DNA of 64,000 nucleotides, taken from positions 96,001 through 160,000 of the forward strand of contig JBNKBE010000011.1 of assembly GCA_050287085.1 (NCBI GenBank). The letters run 5' to 3'. This stretch comes from Polyangiaceae bacterium (GTDB taxonomy: Bacteria; Myxococcota_A; Polyangia; Polyangiales; Polyangiaceae). This document shows, piece after piece, positions 10,124-19,767 of the stretch. The notes below the pieces were generated by a model that was given only the letters and a program-made list of their open reading frames with translations, ran no database searches and had not been told where the DNA came from. The position numbers and the translations under genes were made by a program. How positions within the stretch are numbered: the first letter of the stretch is position 1; every line of letters begins with the position of its first letter.

Positions 10124-11113
10124 CTAGAACGTACCATCACACCCGAGCCAGCCCCCACTAGCGCTCACACTGGCTTGCAATCGTGGACCCATGTCATCTT
10201 CGTCGGGAGCTAAGAGGTAGAACGCCCCACTGCTAGCGAGGCCCACCGCGGCCAACGAATACAACGCCCTGGCCGCGCCAACCAGAACCTGCGCGCGATC
10301 GTAGCTGGCTAACACGAGCGCCCGGTCGGAGCCTGAGCGGCACTGATCGTTCGACGCACAACTCTCGTTGATGCTGTCAACGGCGGACGTTGCGCTCCAA
10401 TGTAACGCCACCGCCGTCACCAGCGATACAGTTCCCGCCGCCGCCGACACGAACGCCGCCGTCTTGTATGGGAAGCCGTTCTCTGGCACGGACCGCATGG
10501 GTTGAGGCGGCGCCGATTCAGAGGGCGCCACAGTCAGCTCGGGAACCGTCACCCCGATGACTGCTCCTGCCGGCGTCGTTACGTGCACCTGCCATGGCAG
10601 GTAACCTGCTGCCACAACTTCTACGTGAGCGACCCCAGACGGCACATTGAGAGCAATCTGATAGCCGCTAGTGAGCTGCGGTACGCCGTTGACCAACACG
10701 CGAACCGTATCGGTGGGCAGCGTAAGCAGCAGTCGAGACTGCAGCGCGATGGGAGGCATGGGTACGCTCTGCAGGCTTTCCAGCTCAGGTGAGAAGCGCA
10801 AATCCGAATCTCCGCTCCCGGCGAGGGGGCCATCTCTCAGCACTTCGGGCAAGGCAACGAGCTCGTCCGTGGGCTCCTCAGTAGCCTCGACGGCGGATTC
10901 GCCATCGGCTGCGCTTGGCCAGGTGGCTCGCACCGGCGTCTGTGCCATGACCTCTTGGAAACCAACCGACGCGCCCTCTCCCCGCGACACGCTGAGACCG
11001 GATAGCGCCACCACACTCACCAACATGCCGCGCACCAACATGCCGCGCACCAACATGCCGCGCACCAACATGCCGCGCACCAACATGCCGCGCACAACAG
11101 AAGTGTCGTTCAT
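10124..11113 (-). CDS. PEGA-like domain protein with C-terminal hydrophobic segments (myxobacterial surface-protein type)
   Basis: VRVLVNGV...VPSGVAHVEVVAAGYLPW PEGA-like motif. The C-terminal Cys pair, two hydrophobic helices and GGWLGCDGTF ending are typical of the type. Start uncertain. Confidence 0.6.
   Translation of the reverse strand: MNDTSVVRGMLVRGMLVRGMLVRGMLVRGMLVSVVALSGLSVSRGEGASVGFQEVMAQTPVRATWPSAADGESAVEATEEPTDELVALPEVLRDGPLAGSGDSDLRFSPELESLQSVPMPPIALQSRLLLTLPTDTVRVLVNGVPQLTSGYQIALNVPSGVAHVEVVAAGYLPWQVHVTTPAGAVIGVTVPELTVAPSESAPPQPMRSVPENGFPYKTAAFVSAAAGTVSLVTAVALHWSATSAVDSINESCASNDQCRSGSDRALVLASYDRAQVLVGAARALYSLAAVGLASSGAFYLLAPDEDDMGPRLQASVSASGGWLGCDGTF
11018..11095. repeat. Perfect tandem repeat, 15 bp x5 (caccaacatgccgcg), encoding (RGMLV)n
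   Basis: Read directly from the sequence. Confidence 0.95.
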
Positions 11114-11720
11114 AATTCGCGTCTCCAGGGCCGAGGGACCGTCCGAGCCCCGCTTGCCCACAAGGCGGAGCGCAGACTACCACCTGCCTCAGCCTACACA
11201 AGCCCAAAGCCAGCATCGGTGAGACACACACCGCCCCTTGCCACGAACACTGCCGCCGAAGGATGAACTCCCGAGCGCAAGGCCTGTGCAGCCGAAGAGG
11301 AGACAAGAGGTCTCGCGACATCCGCACGGCGAACTCCCACAGGCCTGACTCCAAAACGACGAGCCTCCGCCAGCCGTAGGAACGGGACAACTCGCGGTGC
11401 GCGTCCCAGCATTGATGGGTAGGTGGCCCAGAGCTACCCCGCGGGTTGAGCCAGGTCCTCGGTGACAATCCGCGGCAGTCCGCAGAGCTCGGGTGCTCTA
11501 TGTCAGCCTGCCTCTACTCAATCGCCCAATCCCAGTTCCGAAGCGGCTGCCCCAGCTGTCGTGCGCAAGTCTCAGCAAGGCAACACCGCAGCCGGGCCCC
11601 TCGAAGCCGCCCCCCCTCACCGGCCGAAACCGCAGCCGCAGGGAGGGGGCAAATTAGCAAGCTGGCGCATCTCGTTCGGTCCTTGACGAGCACGCTGGGG
11701 ACGTGTTGCTCTCGTCTCCC

Positions 11721-12470
11721 ATGAGAGTCGGAGCCCACGACGAGTTCGAAGCGCTAAAACTGGGCGACGAAGATCGGGTGTTCATCCTCACGGGCGCTGG
11801 CATCAGCGCCGAAAGCGGAATTCGTACGTTTCGTGATTCGGGAGGCCTTTGGGAGGACCACGACATCATGACGGTCGCGTCCCCCGATGGGTGGCGCAAG
11901 AACCCGCACCTGGTCTGGCACTTCTATTCAGAGCGGCGGCTCCAGGCAGGCCAGGTTTCTCCGAATTCGGCACACTACGCGTTAGCTGAGCTCGAACGCC
12001 GCCTTGGTGAACGACTCTTCCTATGCACTCAGAACGTCGATCCGCTGCATGAGCGTGCCGGTTCACAACGGGTCGTCCACATGCATGGTGAGCTATGCAA
12101 GAGCCGCTGTGAACGTGACCACGCCCCCCCCTTCCAAGACGACAACCTCTACTTGCGGCCCTCCGACTTGCCCCTTTGCCCGTGCGGTGGCCGAATTCGT
12201 CCTCACATATGCTGGTTTGGCGAGGTCCCCTTCGAGATGCCGCAGATCGAGAAGGCCCTGGCAAGCTCACACATGCTGGTGACCATTGGTAGCTCTGGCG
12301 CGGTCTATCCCGCGGCTGGCTTCGTAGCGGCCGCGCGCCATCTTGGAGCCTACACGGTGTACGTGGGCCCCGAGACGCCGGACAACGCGAGCGACTTCGA
12401 TGAGTGCCGCCTCGGAGCAGCAACCGACGTCGTACCCACGTTGTTCAACCTAGGAACTGGTACACATTGA
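11721..12470 (+). CDS. cobB: NAD-dependent protein deacylase (sirtuin, CobB/class III-like)
   Basis: LTGAGISAESGIRTFR, TQNVD, HMHG, RPHICWFGE, GSSGAVYPAA. The YxxR (FYSERR) motif is associated with desuccinylase activity. Confidence 0.9.
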   Translation: MRVGAHDEFEALKLGDEDRVFILTGAGISAESGIRTFRDSGGLWEDHDIMTVASPDGWRKNPHLVWHFYSERRLQAGQVSPNSAHYALAELERRLGERLFLCTQNVDPLHERAGSQRVVHMHGELCKSRCERDHAPPFQDDNLYLRPSDLPLCPCGGRIRPHICWFGEVPFEMPQIEKALASSHMLVTIGSSGAVYPAAGFVAAARHLGAYTVYVGPETPDNASDFDECRLGAATDVVPTLFNLGTGTH

Positions 12471-12602
12471 CCCCCTCAGAGTAGTCCGGTCTTGCTACTG
12501 CTCAGCCCCGCAGCGAGGCTTACCTTGGTGTCGTATGCGGCCAGACGCCCGCGTTGAGGAAGACAGGAGCTCGCGCCAAGCTTTGGCGCATGCTATCTTC
12601 CT

Positions 12603-14909
12603 GTGAATTCGATGAGGGACATGGGCAACAGGCCAACGAGTTCGAATCCTGCCGATGTACCGGGACTCGCTGACCTCGCCGCCCTGGCGGCGACGCTGGC
12701 TGGAAACGATGCCACGGGCGCCCTTGAGCGCTACTTGCAGGGCCTTCGCCGCTGGGGCTTTGAAGTCCATTATTCAAAAAAGCAGGCATCGGCGAGCCCG
12801 ACCAGTCTGAGTCACTCAGAATTGGGTCACTCAGAATTGGGTCTCTCAGAATTGAGTCTCTCCGACTCTCCGGACTCGAGCTCTGCAGACCGGCCCAAAC
12901 CGTGGTCTGTCGAAAAGGTCCGACCGGAAGTCCAGCTTATTCCGCCTCTGGGAGTACCACCCGAGGTTGAAAACTTCGCCCAAAGTTTGCTCGACGTAGC
13001 GGTCGCGCGTGTGACGGACTCGGAGCGAGCAGAAGCCGCCGTCGAACGCATGCGGATGCTATCGAGCGCATCGTTCGAAGGCATTGCTGTGCACGTCGGC
13101 GGCGTAATCCTGGACGCCAATCTGCGCTTTGCGGACATGCTCGGCTACGACGTCAGTGACCTTCTCGGCAAAGGTGCAGTCGCACGATGCGTGGCACCCG
13201 AGGACATCCCGGATGTTGCGCGCAAGCTGGCTACCGGTTACGAAGGCACCTACCAAGTTTCGCTCGTACGAAAAGACGGTAGCAGGTTCCGGGCGGAGCT
13301 GCTGTCCAGGCAAAGCAGGGTCGGAGAGCTACCCGTTCGCGTAGTCGCTGTCCGTGACGTGACAGAACAAGAGAGAACGTTGGAGAAGCTTCGTCAAAGC
13401 GAAGCCCATCTGAGGGAGCTCGCCGACACCGCCTTCGATGTCACGGTCTACAGCGTCGACGGCAAGATCGTCGAAGCGCGCGGAGATAGCCTGCGCGTCA
13501 TCGGATACCCGCCCCAGGATCTCGTTGGCAGGCAGCTTCTGGAATTCGTCGCCCCGCCTTCGGCGACCGCGGTACACAACTCGGTCTCGCACAAGATTGA
13601 GACGCGATACGAAGTGGCCGGACTTCACGCCAGTGGTGAGATAGTTCCGATCGAGGCCATTGCGGTATACTCGGCGGTGGGCGACCAATCGCTCCGGATA
13701 ACGGGCGTGCGCGATCTGCGGCCACAATATGCCGCCCAGAAGGAACGGCGGGCGCTCGAACAACGGCTCGAACGTGCACTCCGCCTCGAAAGCCTCGGCG
13801 TGCTGGCGGGTGGGATTGCGCATGATTTCAACAACCTCTTGGTCGGCATCATGGGTCACGCCGACCTGCTGTTGGATGACGCAACCGACCCTGAAACCCG
13901 ATCAAGTCTGGAGCTGATTCTATCCGCCGGCCAGCGTGCCGCCGAGCTCACCCAGCAGATGCTCGCTTATGCCGGGCGCGCCGCGCTCGACAGCACCGAA
14001 GCGGTCGGCATCGCCGCGGTTCTGAAGGATCTCGACCTATTGTTGTCTGCGGCCTTGAGCAAGAAAGCCAAGCTCGAGATCCATGTCCCAAGCGATCACG
14101 TGGTACAGGCGCAGAAAGGCATGTTGACCCAAGTCTTGGTTAACCTGCTCGCCAACGCATCCGATGCATTGGAAGGAGACGTGGGCACCATACGCGTTGA
14201 AACACGTGTCGAAACGAACCCATCCGGCGCGTGGGACGATGCCTTGGGCGCCAACATCGCGCCGGGCAATTGGATCCGAATTGAAGTCCGCGATAGCGGT
14301 TGCGGCATCCCCGAAGCGACGCGCGCCCGCATCTTCGAACCGTTCTTCACCACCAAGCGCTCCGGGCACGGCCTGGGGCTGGCCTCCTGCGTGGGAATCA
14401 TCACGGCGCTCGGCGGCGCGCTCCGTGTCGAGAGCACCCCGGGACAAGGCAGTTCGTTTTTCGTACTGCTGCCCTCAGCGGAAGGCGCCGCGTCCGCGCC
14501 TTTGAAAGTGCCCCAAGTGGCACACGCAGGCGGCGTCACCCAACCTTGTCGGGTGCTCATCGTTGACGACGAACGAGTTGTGCGCCGGCAAGTGCGCCGG
14601 AGCTTGGAGTTGCGCGGCTATCAAGTGTGGGAGGCAGAAAACGGCGCAAGCGGCCTGGCCATGCTCTCCGAGCAGCAGACGGACGTCATTCTTCTCGATA
14701 TGACGATGCCGGACATGGACGGGGCTGAAGTCGTTCACCGTATTCGGGAGACGGGCTTGCGGGTTCCCATCGTCCTGACTTCTGGCTACGCCGCCGCAGA
14801 GACCTACCGCAAGCTTGCTCACGGCTCGGTCCAGGGCTTCTTGCCCAAACCCTACCTCGTCGCAGAACTGCTTACCGCCATTGAACACGCCCGCGCTCAA
14901 CCGAGCTGA
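12603..14909 (+). CDS. Cytoplasmic hybrid histidine kinase (2x PAS, HisKA, HATPase, receiver)
   Basis: Two PAS folds, LAGGIAHDFNNLL H-box, NLLANASDA, FEPFFTTK, GHGLGL, receiver with VILLDMTMP. Confidence 0.93.
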   Translation: MNSMRDMGNRPTSSNPADVPGLADLAALAATLAGNDATGALERYLQGLRRWGFEVHYSKKQASASPTSLSHSELGHSELGLSELSLSDSPDSSSADRPKPWSVEKVRPEVQLIPPLGVPPEVENFAQSLLDVAVARVTDSERAEAAVERMRMLSSASFEGIAVHVGGVILDANLRFADMLGYDVSDLLGKGAVARCVAPEDIPDVARKLATGYEGTYQVSLVRKDGSRFRAELLSRQSRVGELPVRVVAVRDVTEQERTLEKLRQSEAHLRELADTAFDVTVYSVDGKIVEARGDSLRVIGYPPQDLVGRQLLEFVAPPSATAVHNSVSHKIETRYEVAGLHASGEIVPIEAIAVYSAVGDQSLRITGVRDLRPQYAAQKERRALEQRLERALRLESLGVLAGGIAHDFNNLLVGIMGHADLLLDDATDPETRSSLELILSAGQRAAELTQQMLAYAGRAALDSTEAVGIAAVLKDLDLLLSAALSKKAKLEIHVPSDHVVQAQKGMLTQVLVNLLANASDALEGDVGTIRVETRVETNPSGAWDDALGANIAPGNWIRIEVRDSGCGIPEATRARIFEPFFTTKRSGHGLGLASCVGIITALGGALRVESTPGQGSSFFVLLPSAEGAASAPLKVPQVAHAGGVTQPCRVLIVDDERVVRRQVRRSLELRGYQVWEAENGASGLAMLSEQQTDVILLDMTMPDMDGAEVVHRIRETGLRVPIVLTSGYAAAETYRKLAHGSVQGFLPKPYLVAELLTAIEHARAQPS
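12811..12862. repeat. Imperfect 15-bp tandem repeat (~3.5 copies, gtcactcagaattgg) in the kinase N-terminal linker
   Basis: Encodes SHSEL-GHSEL-GLSEL-SLS. Confidence 0.85.
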
Positions 14910-14941
14910 TGCCGCGGCGCCGACCTCGGTGCCCGCCCCCC

Positions 14942-16771
14942 TCACATAACCGTGACCGACTTCGCCAAGTTGCGAGGTTTGTCGATGTCGTACCCCAGCT
15001 TGAGGGCGCAGTAATAGGCAAAGAGCTGAAGCGGAATCACCGTAAGCAGCGGCGACACGGCCGCATGGTGAGGCGGCAACGGCACCAGCTCGTCGGCAAG
15101 AGAGGCGGTTTCCTCGTCCCCGGCGTCCGCGACCGCGATCAAGAATGCCCCGCGCGCCTTCAATTCTCTCAGGTTTCCCAACATGCGATCGCGCGTCTCG
15201 TCCGGCGGTACCAACGCCCAAACGGGCATTCCCGGCTCAACGAGCGCAAGCGGACCATGCTTCATGGCAGCGCCGGAGAGCCCCTCGGCGGGAACGTAGG
15301 TTATTTCCTTCAACTTGAGAGCCCCTTCGGCAGCCACTGGCACATTGCCACCCCGACCCACAAACATCGTGAATCGAGCGCCGGCAAAGCGCTCCGCCAG
15401 TCGCTCGCAAGTTGAGCTCTGTTCCAACACCAACGACATCAAGCGCGGTAGGTCTTCGAGGGCATTCACCCATTGCCGGCCTTCCGCCGCCCCGAGCGCG
15501 TGCATTCTCGCGAACTGCAATGCTAGGAGCTCAGTGGCCAGGACCTGAGCTGTAAACGCTTTGGTCGAACACACACTTATCTCCGGACCCGCGTGAATGT
15601 ACGTGCCGAAGTCGGTCTCGCGAGCAAGGGAACTACCGACAACATTGGTCACCCCGGCCACCAACCCACCTTTGAGCTTGATCTCTCTCAGGGCAGCCAG
15701 AGTGTCGGCCGTTTCTCCGCTCTGGGAGACGGCCACATACAAGGTCCGCTCGTCCACTATCGGATTGTGAACGATGAGCTCAGCGGCATCACGCGCCTCC
15801 GCCGAAACTCGCCCGTAGCGAGTCATGAGGAACGCGCCGACCTCCCCGCTGTACAAGCTGGTGCCGCAGCCAAAGAAGACGACGCGCCTCACACGAAATA
15901 GCTCCTTGGCCCTAGACTGCAGCCCCCCAAGATGAGACGTCCCCATGCCTTGGTCCAGGCGCCCACGCATGCTTCGATCGACGGCTACAGGCTGCTCGTG
16001 GATCTCCTTGAGCATGAAATGGGCGTAGTCACCCCGTTCGGCAGCGTCAGCCGAATGCAGAATCTTCTCGATCCGCTTGTCTCGGTCTCGGCTCTCGAGA
16101 TCGACCGTCCGAAAAGTGCCCGCCCCCAGGGCGACGATTTCGCCGTCATCGAGTACCACCATGCGGTCCGTGTAGGGACGCAGCGCCAACGGGTCGGACG
16201 CTACCCAGGCCTCCCCGTCGCCTATACCCAAGACCACGGGACTACCGATGCGAGCAGCGACCAGCGTGTTTGGATCGTTGCGATCGAGCGCGACGATCCC
16301 AGCCGTACCCTCCAGACGTTTCATTGTCTCGAGCACGGCATCGAGAAGTGAACGCCCGCTGCCGACGGCCCGACCTATCAACTCAGCAAGCACTTCAGAG
16401 TCCGTCTCCGAGCGAAAACTCACCCCTTGCTTGGTGAGCTCTCGACGCAACGCCTCCATATTGTCAACTATGCCGTTGTGAACGATGACAACCCGTTCGG
16501 CCGAATCGCGGTGGGGATGACAGTTCGCTACACTGACGCCGCCGTGCGTGGCCCAGCGCGTATGTCCGATACCGATGTTCCCCGGTAGCCCTTCGGGCGT
16601 GGAACTCTCCAACGAGCGGATATGCCCAACGGCACGCGCCAGCTTCAATCGTTTCTTTGAAACGGTCGCGATCCCCGCTGAGTCGTAGCCCCGATACTCA
16701 AGCCGCCGCAAGCCGCTGACGATGACATCCCACGCCTCGCGGGTGCCGACGTAACCCATGATTCCACACAT
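14942..16771 (-). CDS. glmS: Glutamine--fructose-6-phosphate transaminase (isomerizing)
   Basis: MCGIMGY N-terminal Cys, LEYRGYDSAG, GHTRWATHG, SQSGETADT, PRNLAKSVTV. Confidence 0.98.
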   Translation of the reverse strand: MCGIMGYVGTREAWDVIVSGLRRLEYRGYDSAGIATVSKKRLKLARAVGHIRSLESSTPEGLPGNIGIGHTRWATHGGVSVANCHPHRDSAERVVIVHNGIVDNMEALRRELTKQGVSFRSETDSEVLAELIGRAVGSGRSLLDAVLETMKRLEGTAGIVALDRNDPNTLVAARIGSPVVLGIGDGEAWVASDPLALRPYTDRMVVLDDGEIVALGAGTFRTVDLESRDRDKRIEKILHSADAAERGDYAHFMLKEIHEQPVAVDRSMRGRLDQGMGTSHLGGLQSRAKELFRVRRVVFFGCGTSLYSGEVGAFLMTRYGRVSAEARDAAELIVHNPIVDERTLYVAVSQSGETADTLAALREIKLKGGLVAGVTNVVGSSLARETDFGTYIHAGPEISVCSTKAFTAQVLATELLALQFARMHALGAAEGRQWVNALEDLPRLMSLVLEQSSTCERLAERFAGARFTMFVGRGGNVPVAAEGALKLKEITYVPAEGLSGAAMKHGPLALVEPGMPVWALVPPDETRDRMLGNLRELKARGAFLIAVADAGDEETASLADELVPLPPHHAAVSPLLTVIPLQLFAYYCALKLGYDIDKPRNLAKSVTVM

Positions 16772-16849
16772 AATTCACCTCGAAAGACAGCCACTTCGGT
16801 GGTGCTACAATGCTTCCAAGCCGGCCGAGTTCCAGACGGCAGCCGCACC

Positions 16850-17128
16850 TCATCCGTACACCCGACGCCGGATTTGACGGAGGGAAAGCGCGGGGGCCCG
16901 AAAGCGCAAGGCGCGCAGCTCATGCTGGATTTTCGGAAGGAGGGCCTCATTGCGAAGCCCCAACTCCGACAGTTCCCGATGTCGCGCCGCAATATACTCG
17001 TCCACCTCGAAGCGAAAACAATCGACCGTTTCGGCGACCGCCCGAGTCGCATCTTCAACGCTGAGCCCGAGCAGTTGCTGCAGGCGCAGAGCGGCCTCTT
17101 CGCTCGGAGTGGACACGCCTCCCACCAT
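16850..17128 (-). CDS. Small conserved-looking helical protein upstream of glmS
   Basis: ~92 aa with EYIAARHREL...LSLRQIRRRVYG. Resembles, from memory, small hypothetical proteins encoded upstream of glmS in Actinobacteria. Start uncertain. Confidence 0.7.
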   Translation of the reverse strand: MVGGVSTPSEEAALRLQQLLGLSVEDATRAVAETVDCFRFEVDEYIAARHRELSELGLRNEALLPKIQHELRALRFRAPALSLRQIRRRVYG

Positions 17129-17152
17129 GCCTCCACGAGGCCAGGTTGTCCA

Positions 17153-17178
17153 ATTTCTGCCCGATATCGGGCAGAAAT
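17153..17178. promoter_or_regulatory. Perfect 26-bp palindrome (putative operator)
   Basis: atttctgcccgat|atcgggcagaaat, 25 nt upstream of the small gene's ATG. Confidence 0.6.
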
Positions 17179-17316
17179 CCACTCAGGGCCCGCGGATGGG
17201 AAAGCCACTCGCCAGCGGGTCGAGACCGCCGCGAGGTGGGTGCGTGAGGAGCGAGCACCGCGGGGCTACGGGATTCGCTCGAGGAGCACCGCGACGAACC
17301 AGCCCCACAGCGGCCC

Positions 17317-17733
17317 CTACTCCTGGACGTTTCTCATGAAGTTGGCAACTTCGAGAAAACGCTGGTCGAGAAAACTCCGTGTCGGCTCCGGCACCCCGCA
17401 ATCGGCGAGGGCTCGTCGCATGCAGCGCATCCAGGCGTCGCGCTGAGCGATGTCGACCGGCACGTGTGCGTGGCGCATGCGGAGTCGCGGATGCCCGTTC
17501 TCCCGCACGTAGTCTTGGGGCCCCCCCAACCACCCGACCAAGAACTGCGCAAAACGCTCTCGACTGCTCCGGGCCACCCTGCCCGCTTCGTCCAGCGCGT
17601 GCAGCCGTGCAAGTTCGGGCTCAGATTCGTCCATGACGTCGTAGAAGCGCTCCACCAGCGCACACACGGCGTCGCGGCCGCCCACTGCCTCATAGGGTGA
17701 ATCGCTCGGAAGCGTATCAGCGCTCATCGACAT
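17317..17733 (-). CDS. Group II truncated hemoglobin (trHbO/GlbO-like)
   Basis: YEAVGG...LVERFYDVM, FLVGWLGGPQDY, GHPRLRMRH, RDAWMRCM. Confidence 0.93.
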   Translation of the reverse strand: MSMSADTLPSDSPYEAVGGRDAVCALVERFYDVMDESEPELARLHALDEAGRVARSSRERFAQFLVGWLGGPQDYVRENGHPRLRMRHAHVPVDIAQRDAWMRCMRRALADCGVPEPTRSFLDQRFLEVANFMRNVQE

Positions 17734-17933
17734 CCCTATAGCGGATCTCCGCCATTGCGGCACACCCGCACCAGGTCGAATCACGCGCCGCGTATTCTGT
17801 CCCAGATTCGGCCACGACCCACGCGAACGCACTTCGGCTCCCCCCCTCACCCCGTTCGCCCGGCGGAAATTGCACCGCTGCCGACGCTTCTTCCGTTATT
17901 GTTCGGGGCTGAAGGCCGTTTCCTGGGGGGGGA

Positions 17934-19766
17934 ATGGACGAAGCGCGGAGACTCGGCGGGCTCACCCGCCTCCAAAGTATCGCCAACGCAGGATGCGAGG
18001 GGTTGGACACGCCCGCGTCCGAGCGGGTTCGTCTCGCCAATATTCTGAGCATTGGACTTGGGCTATCGACGACGATTCTGGTGGTCGCAGCGCTGCTCGC
18101 GGGCTCCTGGCTCACCGCCGCGCTCGGCTTCGCGGCGGTCGTCGGCTACGCGGCAGGTCCAGCCCTGAACCACCACCGCTCGTACGCCCTCGGTACCAGC
18201 GCCCCAATCGTAGCTGCACTGGCTGGGATCCTGCTCTTTCATCTCGCCGCGGGGCCCATTTTTGGATTCCACCTCGCGACCTTCATTCTGGCCTGCTGGC
18301 CCTTCGCACTCTTTGACCTGCGCAAACAAGGTCGAACGGTCGCTACCCTGCTCATCGTCAGCGGTGCTGTCTTCGTGTCGGCAGAGCTCGAATGGCTCCC
18401 CGCCTTCAGGCTATTCGAAGCGGCGCCCAGCGTGATCCACGTCGTGCGACCTGCCACCGGCGTGGTCGTCTTCACATTCTTCTCGACACTGCTCTTCGTT
18501 CTGACGTTCCGAAACCAGAACCAGCAGGCTCGACTCGTTGCGCAGGCCAGCGAACTGCACGACGCCCGCATCGCTGCGGAAAGCGCCCTGAAGAGCCGTG
18601 CGCAGTTCATGGCACTGATGAGTCATGAACTGCGCACTCCACTCAACGGCATTCTCGGCGCGACGCAGTTGCTGGAAGAGGCCCCTCTCGCCGAGGAATT
18701 CTCCGAGCCTGTCGCCGTCCTACGCTACTCCGGCGAGTACTTGTTCTGCTTGATCGCCGACATGTTGGAAGCCGTCGATCTCAAAGCCAAACCGCTGAAG
18801 CTTCGCCCCGAACCCACACAAGTATGTGACCTCTGTCGCCGCGTCGTAGCGGACTACAAGAGGATCGCCGAAGCCAAAGGCCTTGAGCTCCGAACCGCGG
18901 TGCAATGCCCAGAAGCCCCACTCGTCGTCGACTCCGGTCGGCTCAGCCAGGTGCTTCATCACCTAGTCTCGAATGCGATCAAGTTCACGGAACAAGGACA
19001 CGTGCTCCTGGCTGCCAGTGGAAAGCCGACGGAGGACGGTGGGTTTGCTCTTACTTTTGAGGTTTCGGACACCGGAATCGGCATACGAGCCGAGCTCAAA
19101 CGAAAGATCTTCGATGAATTCAGTCAAGCGGAGGACTTTGAGGTGCGCCGAGCCAATGGGATTGGCCTCGGCCTGAGCACCGCCAGCCGGGTCGTCAGCG
19201 CAATGGGCGGACAACTGAGCGTCAATTCCGCCGTCGGCGAAGGAAGCACGTTCTCTTTCGTTCTCGAGATGGCCGCAGCGCCAGCCGTGAAGGCGCCACC
19301 AGAGGTCGAACTTCATGAGCCAGGGGACGAGGCGCACATTCCCAACTCCGGAACTCGCACCGCGCACATGATTGATGAACAAGCGCCATGTTCTGGCCTG
19401 CGAGTACTAGTCGCGGAAGACAACCCCGTGAACCAGAAAGTCCTCGTGCGGCTATTGTCAAAACTTGGAATTCAGCCAAAAGTAGTAGAACACGGCGGTC
19501 TGGCGGTGGAGGCTTGCAAGAATGGGACTTGGGACTTGGTGCTAATGGATATCCAGATGCCGGAAATGGACGGGCTCGAGGCGACTCGAAGAATTCGAGA
19601 TCTGGAAGGAAATACGAAGCACACGCAGATCGTTGCGGTTTCGGCCAACGCCAACTCTGACCAGATCGACGAAGGAATTCGAGCGGGCTTGGACGCCTAC
19701 CTGACGAAACCGGTGCGTCTGGCGGATATTCGTCAGGTGGTCGGCGACGTGAGGCGCGAGGCCTAG
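17934..19766 (+). CDS. Membrane-bound hybrid sensor histidine kinase (approx. 6-TM sensor, HisKA, HATPase, receiver)
   Basis: About six hydrophobic helices with short loops, MSHELRTPLNGILG, SNAIKFT, DTGIGI, GIGLGL, receiver DLVLMDIQMP. Confidence 0.93.
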   Translation: MDEARRLGGLTRLQSIANAGCEGLDTPASERVRLANILSIGLGLSTTILVVAALLAGSWLTAALGFAAVVGYAAGPALNHHRSYALGTSAPIVAALAGILLFHLAAGPIFGFHLATFILACWPFALFDLRKQGRTVATLLIVSGAVFVSAELEWLPAFRLFEAAPSVIHVVRPATGVVVFTFFSTLLFVLTFRNQNQQARLVAQASELHDARIAAESALKSRAQFMALMSHELRTPLNGILGATQLLEEAPLAEEFSEPVAVLRYSGEYLFCLIADMLEAVDLKAKPLKLRPEPTQVCDLCRRVVADYKRIAEAKGLELRTAVQCPEAPLVVDSGRLSQVLHHLVSNAIKFTEQGHVLLAASGKPTEDGGFALTFEVSDTGIGIRAELKRKIFDEFSQAEDFEVRRANGIGLGLSTASRVVSAMGGQLSVNSAVGEGSTFSFVLEMAAAPAVKAPPEVELHEPGDEAHIPNSGTRTAHMIDEQAPCSGLRVLVAEDNPVNQKVLVRLLSKLGIQPKVVEHGGLAVEACKNGTWDLVLMDIQMPEMDGLEATRRIRDLEGNTKHTQIVAVSANANSDQIDEGIRAGLDAYLTKPVRLADIRQVVGDVRREA

Positions 19767-19767
19767 C

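Noticed and set aside
11721..12470. Sirtuin as an anti-phage (Thoeris/DSR-type) effector
   Set aside because: It is a standalone CobB-type deacylase with canonical motifs and no neighbouring defence genes.
16772..16849. glmS ribozyme upstream of glmS
   Set aside because: The gap is only 78 nt and lacks the AGCGCC...GACGAGG core; the upstream space is occupied by a plausible CDS.
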